From a virus (lineage: Duplodnaviria > Heunggongvirae > Uroviricota > Caudoviricetes), in IMG/VR virus record IMGVR_UViG_3300034122_001045: DNA of 40,950 bases; one strand, 5' to 3'. The notes under the pieces were generated by a model. That model was not told the origin of the DNA and made no database searches. It worked only from the letters and a program-made list of their open reading frames with translations. Shown in pieces: positions 1 through 9,000 of this stretch; the stretch's first letter is position 1; the number at the start of each line of letters is the position of its first letter. Made by a program: the position numbers and the translations under genes.

Positions 1-747
1 CTCGATCGTTTCTTTTCTCCATTTCTCATCACGGCCAGGGACGTCATACCACATGACTTTAACGTATTCGTAACCGTTAGTGCCTTCTTCGGCTCCCTTA
101 CATGTTTTCCAAAAGTGGTTCAATCCGTTTGGTGTAGAGGTCATTAGAAGCTTTGTAGACTCGCCTGATGAAATGGTTGGATATACCGATGCAAAGAATT
201 CATCGTATCCCTCGATGAAGGCTACCTCGTCTAGATAGAGGAACGACACCGTCTTACCACGAATAGCCGAAGAAGACGTTGTTCCGGCCAAAACGTTACA
301 TCCGTTCTCGAGAGCGATGTTTCCTTTGTTCCATTCTTCAATGCCCTGCTGTAGCCACTTAGGTAGAGCTTCATACGCAAGTTTAATACGAGCAAGAACT
401 TCCCTCGCTGCGTCTCCCTTGTTCGCAAGGATGGCGACAGTCTTAAACTCGTTAAAGAGTATGTAGTGTAGAATCACTGCGACGGCCGTAGTCGTTTTAC
501 CAGACTGGCGAGCCGTAAGAACTGCAAGACGACGATTGTTTGTAATCTTTTCAACTATCTCTTTCTGATAGTCATACATGTCGAGAGGAATGAGACCGTG
601 ATCAACGTGAACGATCTTAATATACTTCTTAGCGAAATATATTGGATCTTCAGAACACTTAACGTATTCCTTTATGAGTTCCGGCGTCCATTCGATTGGT
701 TCACCAGTTTTCTTTAAGTGTATATTACCAAGATATCCGTCACCCAT
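1..747 (-). CDS. gp17: Terminase large subunit, T4 gp17-like (N-terminal 249 codons, runs off the window start; absent from the ORF track)
   Basis: Hand translation from the ATG at 747 (TAATG overlap with the gp16 stop) gives MGDGYLGNIHLKKTGEPIEWTPELIKEYVKCSEDPIYFAKKYIKI..., with Walker A TARQSGKTT, Walker B FLYLDEVAFI and coupling motif TSTPNG. The frame is open to base 1. Confidence 0.96.
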   Translation of the reverse strand, partial: MGDGYLGNIHLKKTGEPIEWTPELIKEYVKCSEDPIYFAKKYIKIVHVDHGLIPLDMYDYQKEIVEKITNNRRLAVLTARQSGKTTTAVAVILHYILFNEFKTVAILANKGDAAREVLARIKLAYEALPKWLQQGIEEWNKGNIALENGCNVLAGTTSSSAIRGKTVSFLYLDEVAFIEGYDEFFASVYPTISSGESTKLLMTSTPNGLNHFWKTCKGAEEGTNGYEYVKVMWYDVPGRDEKWRKETIE

Positions 748-1187
748 TATTCACCCTTTAACATCTTAAGAAGATCTGCTGTCGAGAGTATGAGATTGTT
801 ATTCGTTACGTTCGTCTGAGCAGCTTCCTTAGGACCATTCTTTTCTTCAATTGCGTACTTCTTCTTCGTAGAGATTTCAACGAAATCTTTGTTAGCATCG
901 AGGAGAGTCTTCATAAGAGTTGACGCAACTTCAAACGCACGTGGAGACTCAGATTGTTTTGCAAGACTAATCATTTCCTTTAATGCGTCATCGCCTTGCT
1001 CTATAATGTTCTTGATGTTTCCGCGAACCTGTTCGATATCTCGAATTGTTTCATCGTCTTCTACGACTGTTGCAACAGCAGTGATGACTTCCTTTTCTTC
1101 GTATACAACCACAAGTTCTTCTGATTTTGCTTCTTCTAAAGGTCTAAGACCAAGAACCTCTGAAATTTTATCATTGTTCATTTTCAC
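747..1187 (-). CDS. gp16: Terminase small subunit, T4 gp16-like
   Basis: SESPRAFEVASTLMKTLLDANKDF and C-terminal NVTNNNLILSTADLLKMLK are typical of T4-like gp16; the gene lies between gp15 and gp17. Confidence 0.9.
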   Translation of the reverse strand: MKMNNDKISEVLGLRPLEEAKSEELVVVYEEKEVITAVATVVEDDETIRDIEQVRGNIKNIIEQGDDALKEMISLAKQSESPRAFEVASTLMKTLLDANKDFVEISTKKKYAIEEKNGPKEAAQTNVTNNNLILSTADLLKMLKGE

Positions 1188-1999
1188 TCTTCTTCTGGGT
1201 TACTTGTTATGACTCGTATGATTCCCCAATCATCGTCAAACTGGATTTCTTCGTATGGAATAGTTAGGTCAGGATCTGTCGTCGGCACGTTGTTTGCGGT
1301 TAGACCTGGATATACATTGACACCTTCAGAAGGATCCGAAGATGCGTCCATAGATGTCCAGATATCTGTGTCTATGAACTTAATGATCTTCTTTTCTCTT
1401 TCAGGACCAAAGTACCAGCCCTTCATAGTAAAGTTAAGAGTCCATAGGACGGATCTTCTTTCTTCAAAGCCTCCTTCGTATAGATCCTCGTTCGTAATTC
1501 CATTCAAAATGATAGGAATATCAATAGGATCAAGGTCGTTAATCAACTTAACCGTAGCTGTCCACTCTGGTTTAAAGAATGGTATGATCTGCTCTACGAT
1601 CTTTGTTGCATCTTCCGAATACTTAGTCATTATATAAAGAGAAAAGTCGAGGTTATATGGTGTCGCCGTCCACACATATGATTTTTGGCTATCTGTCTCA
1701 CCTAGGTTCTTTTGAATCTTTTGCTTCGATGGTATCTTTCTCGCTCCATCGTATGTCATATTTGTGATTTCAAAAGACATACGAGGAAGAGAGATAGCAG
1801 TCTTACGAGTTAGATCTGGATCCTGCGTGATACGAGCAAGAAACTTTTGAAACGGGCCGTATGCAATTGGAACTACCATACGCTGCACTTCAGCACCATC
1901 TAAGCCGTCTCGAGTGATCGAGATCTTATTAAAGATAGTACCGAATAGCGCAACATACTTCCGCGTAGTCGCATTATAGAAGTGATTTACAAAGGCCAT
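1184..1999 (-). CDS. gp15: Tail sheath stabilizer/completion protein, T4 gp15-like
   Basis: HFYNATTRKYVALFGTIFN, VPIAYGPFQKFLARI, LPRMSFEI, PYNLDFSLYI, EQIIPFF and WTLNFTMKGWYFGP are gp15 motifs; synteny agrees. Confidence 0.93.
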   Translation of the reverse strand: MAFVNHFYNATTRKYVALFGTIFNKISITRDGLDGAEVQRMVVPIAYGPFQKFLARITQDPDLTRKTAISLPRMSFEITNMTYDGARKIPSKQKIQKNLGETDSQKSYVWTATPYNLDFSLYIMTKYSEDATKIVEQIIPFFKPEWTATVKLINDLDPIDIPIILNGITNEDLYEGGFEERRSVLWTLNFTMKGWYFGPEREKKIIKFIDTDIWTSMDASSDPSEGVNVYPGLTANNVPTTDPDLTIPYEEIQFDDDWGIIRVITSNPEEE

Positions 2000-2008
2000 G
2001 TATTTTCC

Positions 2009-4411
2009 TTACCAAGTGTCTAGTGACCAAGCAGTTCTTTTCCAGATATTAGTAGAACCATTATAGTTCGCAGTGCAATAATATATGTAAGAAGAACTAA
2101 AGGATATGTCGCCAGTCTTATCTCCTAATGCCCCAATACTACTTGATGGAACTGGCACTACCCTTCCGCCAGACCAGGCAGTATTCTGTAAGGTTTCGTC
2201 TGGAAAAATTATAGATCCATTCGCACCAAATGTCCAAACATTGTTATTTGCAGCGACTTGTAAATCAGGATTTAATCCGGACTCAACTCTAAAGTAACTG
2301 TTATTTCCGCCTATTGTTAAATTCGACTCACTGTCATCTTCAATTCCGCCGGCACGGATACGAATATCATTCGGTCTTATTGCATCTACGATTATAAAAT
2401 GGTCCTCAGAACCTGAGTCTACTGTCGGAAACAGCCCTATAGCATAGAAAGGTCCGGTGTTTGCAGCGACTGAAACCGTGTTTGCAGGAATAGCAGTGAA
2501 TAGAATCGAAGAAAAGTCAGTTCTTATACTTCCAGACGTGTCATTGAACTCGTCACCTTTCATAAATATTGTATTTACATAGAGGTCGCTCCAATAGTTT
2601 GACAGAGAACCGATGTCGTAAGTTAGATCTTCTGCCGGGATTATGTCTTCCAACTCAGTGAATGAAGCTGCTCCTGTTAAATACCCAGCTAGAGCATGAT
2701 CACCCCAAGAATAAGCTGTGTTCCAGTTAGACACATTTGTACTGGTTATAGAACCAGCCGCAGTTCTTGGGAAATCATACCCTGCATAGCTGTAAGAAAC
2801 GGTGTACTCTCTATCTTCAACCCAGTTCCCTGTTACAGATAGGCCGCCAACTTCTACTTTATAACCGATTACTCCTTCAAGCTCTCCATGCGTCTTTTCT
2901 ATGTCGCCTTCGGATCCAAGTGTACCTGAGAAGTATACACTCGTTATGTCTGCATCTTTTGCAACCATAGAAAAGATAGAGTCTTTATATAGAGTTACAT
3001 AGCTACTTGCCGATCCAAACGGTGTGGCTGCAGTTCCAGCAGATGGTACTCTGTTGCCATCATTATAATCTATGCCCGTTGATCGGTTCGTGTTTATAAT
3101 ATTTCCGGAAGTATCGTACTGGCCAGATCCACCACCTGAAATTTCAGTAGCAGGCCATATATTCACGGCCGTTCCTGAAACTGTGTATGAGGTAATAACA
3201 CCGTTTTCATCAGCACCCGAGATTAGAATACTTACATTATTGTTACTAGTTCCACCTAAGTTAGTTCCCAATATCGTTAGAGTGTCGCCGACTTCATAAC
3301 CAGTCCCGCCATTAAGTAAGCTATTGTCTCTCCAAGACTCGCCTTCATATCTACCAAAAAGCAGACCGAATGCGGCGCCAGTTCCAGACCCGCCCGTAAC
3401 TATGCTCGAATTGGCAGTTATTTCGCTACCTTCGTAGAACCAAAAATCTGGATAAAGAACTGGAACTTTTGACTTAAGAGACTCAATATGTTGATAGAAC
3501 CTAGTCTTTATAGTCGCAGTGCTATTCTGAGTATCTCCTGTGTATAGAACTAGATCAACGTACTCTTTAAAGAATTCCCACAGCTGTCCTCTTCCGATCG
3601 GATCTTCAGAACCTCTAAAGATTGATATAACAGCAACCGTTGCGGAACCACTTATATTCGAAACTGCGAAATCGTCGTCCTCAGTTTGTGTAACACTTGT
3701 ATTTGGGTTTACGGCTTCTGATGTAATTACGATTTGATTTATACTTGGTATACCGGTGTTATATATTGTAGAGAACGACGCGCTAAACCCTCTATAGTTG
3801 TTTGTGTCGGTTGGTATATATGACACCGCCTTTGTAAAGAATACGTCATCGTTACCTTGGTGATCTGTAATGAACAGTTCAAAAGCTTGCTTATTAAATA
3901 CCGCGCTTTCAAAAAGAGTAGAGAAAGAAGCGCCGTCCTCAGACTCTGTGCTAAAGTTTAGAACACGAGTGTCCTCAGTGTTACCTATATAGTTTTCGCT
4001 TAAGTCTTGTGGTATAAGCTCACCATTTTCAATTGCGGTCGCTGCCTTATCTTTAATAACATAGTTCTGTTTTATGATACTATATTTTCTTTCAATGATA
4101 TTGGAAGTATCCGTCAAGTCTGACACGTCAGATACAATTAAATTATTCGCATCTGTAAGATCAGAAATGTCAGTTGGTATCGTTGGTTTGTTATCCAAGT
4201 CATCATAGTCACCAGAAAAAGCGGTACTTACTAACTGATACAAGTTTAAGTTTGGCTTATTCGACAGATCGTTATAGTTTCCAGAAAAATCTGCAGCGTC
4301 ATCGTTATAGAGTTCAGTAAAGTTCTGGTTAATCTTCGTGAATGCCGTTCTTAACGGATCACCGGTTCTATCGTTCGCTGTTGTACCGATATTGATGGTT
4401 TGCTTTGCCAT
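2009..4411 (-). CDS. Fibre-like virion protein with a T4 gp9/gp10-type N-terminal attachment motif (800 aa)
   Basis: N-terminus MAKQTINIGTTANDRTGDPLRTAFTKINQNFTELY; duplicated FSG(N/D)Y(N/D)DLxNKP; PAEDLTYDIGSLSNYWSDLYV; C-terminal YIYYCTANYNGSTNIWKRTAW; Ser/Thr/Gly-rich composition. Confidence 0.65.
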   Translation of the reverse strand: MAKQTINIGTTANDRTGDPLRTAFTKINQNFTELYNDDAADFSGNYNDLSNKPNLNLYQLVSTAFSGDYDDLDNKPTIPTDISDLTDANNLIVSDVSDLTDTSNIIERKYSIIKQNYVIKDKAATAIENGELIPQDLSENYIGNTEDTRVLNFSTESEDGASFSTLFESAVFNKQAFELFITDHQGNDDVFFTKAVSYIPTDTNNYRGFSASFSTIYNTGIPSINQIVITSEAVNPNTSVTQTEDDDFAVSNISGSATVAVISIFRGSEDPIGRGQLWEFFKEYVDLVLYTGDTQNSTATIKTRFYQHIESLKSKVPVLYPDFWFYEGSEITANSSIVTGGSGTGAAFGLLFGRYEGESWRDNSLLNGGTGYEVGDTLTILGTNLGGTSNNNVSILISGADENGVITSYTVSGTAVNIWPATEISGGGSGQYDTSGNIINTNRSTGIDYNDGNRVPSAGTAATPFGSASSYVTLYKDSIFSMVAKDADITSVYFSGTLGSEGDIEKTHGELEGVIGYKVEVGGLSVTGNWVEDREYTVSYSYAGYDFPRTAAGSITSTNVSNWNTAYSWGDHALAGYLTGAASFTELEDIIPAEDLTYDIGSLSNYWSDLYVNTIFMKGDEFNDTSGSIRTDFSSILFTAIPANTVSVAANTGPFYAIGLFPTVDSGSEDHFIIVDAIRPNDIRIRAGGIEDDSESNLTIGGNNSYFRVESGLNPDLQVAANNNVWTFGANGSIIFPDETLQNTAWSGGRVVPVPSSSIGALGDKTGDISFSSSYIYYCTANYNGSTNIWKRTAWSLDTW

Positions 4412-4420
4412 GTCTTCCTC

Positions 4421-5167
4421 TTATACGGTGTCTGCTGTGATCTCAGTAGTGTCAGCAGTTATATTGTTACTGTCGGCGGTGATTGAATAATTCGTTGGTC
4501 TAGTAATAATCTCACTAAACGGATCTATCTCTGTAAAGTCGATGATATCTTCACCTTCTTCTTCAAAGAATATGTTCTTAGCTATCGGATCCTTGCTTAG
4601 AAGTTTATCAAGAGAATATACATGCGGATCTTCTGTATTTATGCTATCGAAGTAAGTGTCTATCTCTTGGATTCCGGTATTGAACATTTCGTTCGAGTAT
4701 TCGAATAGTTCACACTTAAGATCAAAAACTTGCAGTGATCCACTCTGATAGAATACACTCTCGTGTTCAACAAACATTATCTTAAAGAACTTATCGTTCA
4801 ACGGCAGGTAGACTAGGTCGCCTTCTTTAGGACGTATTAATGTAGTGTTCAGTCTTGTCGCATATCTTTCAAACGTTCTCATAGCAACTGTGAAAGTAAC
4901 TTGATCACGTATCTGAAGACCAAACTTACTAAGAAAGTCGCCTTCACCTTGGAACCCGTCAACACTCTTTACATAAACTTCCATCGAGTAAGCAGCATTA
5001 AAGATAGACAGATCGTCTTCGTTAAGTATGTGATCCGTTGCTTCTAACTTTCTAGTTAAGTAGTAAGTATCAACGCCATAGATCTGAATTGCTTCAATGA
5101 CCAAGTCGTCAATGAGTTGTTGCTCATTGAAGTATCCATAGTTTTGAAAAAAGACGTTAGTCGCCAT
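4421..5167 (-). CDS. gp14: Neck/head completion protein, T4 gp14-like
   Basis: EQQLIDDLVIEAIQIYGVDTYYLTR, GFQGEGDFLSKFGLQIRD, RPKEGDLVYLP and LKCELFEYSNE. Confidence 0.94.
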   Translation of the reverse strand: MATNVFFQNYGYFNEQQLIDDLVIEAIQIYGVDTYYLTRKLEATDHILNEDDLSIFNAAYSMEVYVKSVDGFQGEGDFLSKFGLQIRDQVTFTVAMRTFERYATRLNTTLIRPKEGDLVYLPLNDKFFKIMFVEHESVFYQSGSLQVFDLKCELFEYSNEMFNTGIQEIDTYFDSINTEDPHVYSLDKLLSKDPIAKNIFFEEEGEDIIDFTEIDPFSEIITRPTNYSITADSNNITADTTEITADTV

Positions 5168-5170
5168 TTA

Positions 5171-5914
5171 TCATCCAACGAAATTGTAAACGAGTGGTTG
5201 AAGTGAAGTCTTCGCGTTTTCTTCCATCTCTTTGCGGTCTGCCTTTGCTTCCGATAGGATCTGTTCACCGTTGAACTGAACACCACCGATAAGCTGCATG
5301 TTTGTGAACTTTGTTAGGTTTACACCCCACTGCTCACGTATTAGGATAGACGCATAGTTCTGAAGAAAGCGATCGCTCCATACATCGGAATATGTGTTGC
5401 CATCAATAATGTCGTATCCTTCTATAATGATAAACGACCCAGGATTTAAGATGTTCTTATTTACATCGAGATACAAACGATTTATGTGGCGGTTATATCT
5501 TATAAGAGGTTTACCCACGAGAATTTCCTGAAGAAATTGTAGGTGCGATAGAGCCATGTAGTAATGCTGAATGTTATAACCGGTTATGTCTTCGAGATTA
5601 TTCAAAACGAACTGATACTGAACGTTGAAGAAGCCAGTTCCGGTCGAGATCGATGAACTAAGATCAAAGATACGAGTAATGCCAAGCATGCTCTCAGGTA
5701 CTTCTACATATCCCTGATCTATCTCTTCTTGAGTTAGCGCGTGTTTAAGATATATCATCTGGCTACCATCGTAGTGATAGTCTCTCCAGAATGCTATTGC
5801 CTCGTCAATACGATCTTCTATCTGTTCGTCAGAAACGTTGATCTGAATGACTGGTGCACCGATCTTTCTAAGAACATAATCTTTGAATTCGCTTCTTGTT
5901 GAAGGACGTGCCAT
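5171..5914 (-). CDS. gp13: Neck protein, T4 gp13-like
   Basis: MARPSTRSEFKDYVLRKIGAPVIQINVSDEQIEDRIDEA, YHYDG, QWGVNLTKF and IGGVQFNGEQI. Confidence 0.94.
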   Translation of the reverse strand: MARPSTRSEFKDYVLRKIGAPVIQINVSDEQIEDRIDEAIAFWRDYHYDGSQMIYLKHALTQEEIDQGYVEVPESMLGITRIFDLSSSISTGTGFFNVQYQFVLNNLEDITGYNIQHYYMALSHLQFLQEILVGKPLIRYNRHINRLYLDVNKNILNPGSFIIIEGYDIIDGNTYSDVWSDRFLQNYASILIREQWGVNLTKFTNMQLIGGVQFNGEQILSEAKADRKEMEENAKTSLQPLVYNFVG

Positions 5915-5938
5915 GTTTGATCACCTTACTTTTTGATC

Positions 5939-5946
5939 TATTTATA
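5939..5946 (-). promoter_or_regulatory. T4-type late promoter TATAAATA upstream of gp13
   Basis: Exact TATAAATA on the minus strand 25 nt upstream of the gp13 ATG, followed by the SD-like TAAGGTGA. Confidence 0.85.
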
Positions 5947-5980
5947 AAAAGTAAGGCGATCTATTCGACAGCCTTACTTT
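5946..5980 (-). terminator. Intrinsic terminator-like hairpin after the 1718-aa gene
   Basis: Minus strand AAAGTAAGGC-13 nt loop-GCCTTACTTT followed by TT, running into the late promoter. Confidence 0.6.
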
Positions 5981-6008
5981 ATCAAAATGCAATAGATCCA
6001 CTTTGTAA

Positions 6009-9000
6009 TTAAGCTTGAGATTCAGACCAACCTATTCTACCAGCAACCACGAATGGATTTGCTGCGGTAACATTACTAGGATCTTCTAAAAGCTTAACAA
6101 CAAGAGTTAGAACATCTGGGCCATCTGGGAATGTTCCGTCTCCACCGAGGATAGAGTTTCCAAGTGTCGCGATTTCATCGAGAGAAACTATGATATTGTT
6201 TTGTGAACGAGCGGTTGTGCCCGATGTACCCTGCGCTCTGAACGTATACACCGTAGTTCCTTCGGTGATTCTATCCGACGAATCGTGATAGATAAGTTGA
6301 CTCAAGCTCGGGTTCGCAACTCTCTTCCAGTCATAGTTATTCAACTTGCCGTTCAATTTCAGAAGAACCTCGCAGCTGTGAGTCGTCAGAATACCAACGC
6401 TATCTAAGATCAGTTGCATACGATTTATGATCTCTCTTTCTCCAAGATTTCCTGGCGTTCCGTTGTCAACGCTAGGAGCTAGACGAATGCTAATAAGAGG
6501 TTGTTCGTACACAACGGAAGTAGTTGCAGCAGAAAGAGTTACAGTGTAGTTGTTCGCTGCTGCAGTTGCTGTTGGAGGACCGTTCAATAGAATAAGGTTT
6601 CTTGTAGCAGTAGAAGCGACGTTTCCTGGAAATTGTATTCTTGAAGAAACGCTTGGAAGGTACGCTTGGAATGGAGTAGTTCTAGTGTCCAGTGGGTTTG
6701 CGGTTAGTCTTCCAGTAATTCCGTTACCAGTTATAGACACGCCAGCAGGAATCGCGTTTAATGCTGTGCTTGGAGTCACAACTTCAATAGCATAGTTTGC
6801 TGTTCTAAATTGGCCTTGTGATAGAACATAGTATAATGAAGTATTTGCAATTGCACCGTTAGCTACGATACTCGCGGTTCCTGAAATACTTAGTGTATTC
6901 GAGCTTGCAGCAAACACGTATGCACGGTCGTTGTCATATCTTCCATCCATGATCACAGAAGTACCCCAGTGAGCTAGCGCCGGAACATATGTTGGAGCTC
7001 CAACGTTCTCAATCTCATATCTTCCTGGTATATTACCAGATCTCATATAAGCTTCGTTTTGTTTATTATTGTGTATAAATTCATGAACGTATACGACTTT
7101 ACCTTTTTGATCTTTAAAACCAAATCTCACTTTACCGGCACCATACCAGCTGTAATCCATATAGGCCATCTGTATCTTATTAGTATTAAGATAGAAACCA
7201 GTCGAGCCGGTTCCATCGCAGGTGTCAATATTCCACTGAGACTGTGGTATTTTAGTGTCAATCGTTTTTGTAATGATTACATTCGTAGCATCCGTTCCTC
7301 TATAACTAGGAAGTATGTAAAGAAGAGTGTTACTTGCTATCTCTGATATGACATAAGTTTGGCCTTTGATGACTATTCGACCGCCTGCGTTTAATTGAGA
7401 AAGAAACTTCGTGTTTGTTCCAACAACGTTACCCTGCTTAAACTGAACAGATACAGTACCGCTTATCTGAAGGGTACTGCTTCTTCGACAGCAATATAGT
7501 TCCGAACCGTCATATTCAAAATATAGTCCGTTTTGATCATCAAAGAGGCCGCATTTTAGAAGACTGTTAGACCACGTGTTGACATAGTACTCAGGAATAC
7601 CAAGCGCAAAAGTATCGGCAGGTTGGCCGCCGATGTTGACTCTAAACGAATATGGGTCTATGATGCTATCCACCGTAAAGGACCCATTCCAATAATTTTG
7701 TCCGGCAGTAACTGTAGCTCCACTTACTGTTATACTCAAATCTTCTGTCACTCTACTTGGAAAACGAGTCGTTATTATTGCCGTGTTTCCAGTGTCATAC
7801 ACCATCGAGTCAATAGTAGTGGTTGGACTAAAGTTAACAGCAAAGCTAACTTGAATACCCTTACCAGACTGATAACGGAAATATTTACGTGTCTGGCGTA
7901 TCATAGTACTGTCTGGATTTGTGCTCGGAATAAGTTCAACTCCGCCATCGTATGGTCTATGAAGAGCGAAGCCATCTGCACGAAGCAAGAGAGATGTACC
8001 AACAGCATACTCAGAGCTCGTAAGAGTGGTGTTTGCGACACTCTCTCGTGCAATAATTTCAGTTGTACTGTTTATGCTTTCTATAGTTGCGTTGTACGTC
8101 GCACCAATACCTATAATTTCATTTAGTATAACACTAGTTCCGCTTGATGTTATATCGATTTTATTTGTGTTTGCGGTCGCTGTGGCTGGAGTTGGGTGTA
8201 GTTGAAGAGTTGTGCTACTTAAGACATTTACGTAATAAATCCCATCTTCTGTTATTCCACCCGGCGTCGAATCAGATGACACAAATACTGCATCTTCTGT
8301 AATATATCCATGTGAAGCAGAGGTTGTAATAACGTCTGTAGTTGTGTTTATACTGCTTACTGTTACGTTCGCTCCTATAGTTTGGCTTTCATAAACAAAG
8401 AACTCGTTTCCTCGAGTAAACAATGAAGGAAAGTTTGTGTCCGTTCCAGTGATTGTAGTCTCGCCAGCAGTAATAGTTACTGTTCCAGGTCCTAGCACTT
8501 CACCGGATACTGTAGAAGTTGTTATGGTGTGATCTGTACCGGTACCTTTCGAAGTTAAAGTAATTGACACACCATCAATCGCATTTTGCTCAGAAGACGC
8601 CAGTCTAAACCAGTTTTTACTCACTCTTATCACATAATAAGTAGTAGAATCTGTAAGACCGCCTATTGCAGTTCCAGTTGTGTTATATTCTACGGCAGTG
8701 CCGGTTCTGAGTCCGTGTGTTAACGAATAGAAAGCACTCTTACTTAAATCTAAAAACAGATTAGGATTTATACTAATAATTCTCAAAGGCACGCTAACGT
8801 TAGCTGTAGACACCGTAAACGTGTTAGAAGTTATATTATCCACTAACGTATACACCCCATCTGCTGCACCGGGCGTCGTAGCCGAGAAGGTATGTGTGGC
8901 TGTACCGGAGGCCGCTATATCCACCAAGTCTGCTGCGCGCAAAGATCCTGATCCACTAAGAGGGCCGCCTATATCAACACGATCTGTATTTGCATTTGCG

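Noticed and set aside
231-428. 65-aa minus-strand ORF in the track
   Set aside because: It is an out-of-frame ORF inside the terminase large subunit, which is continuous from 747 to the window edge with no intron or intein in this part.
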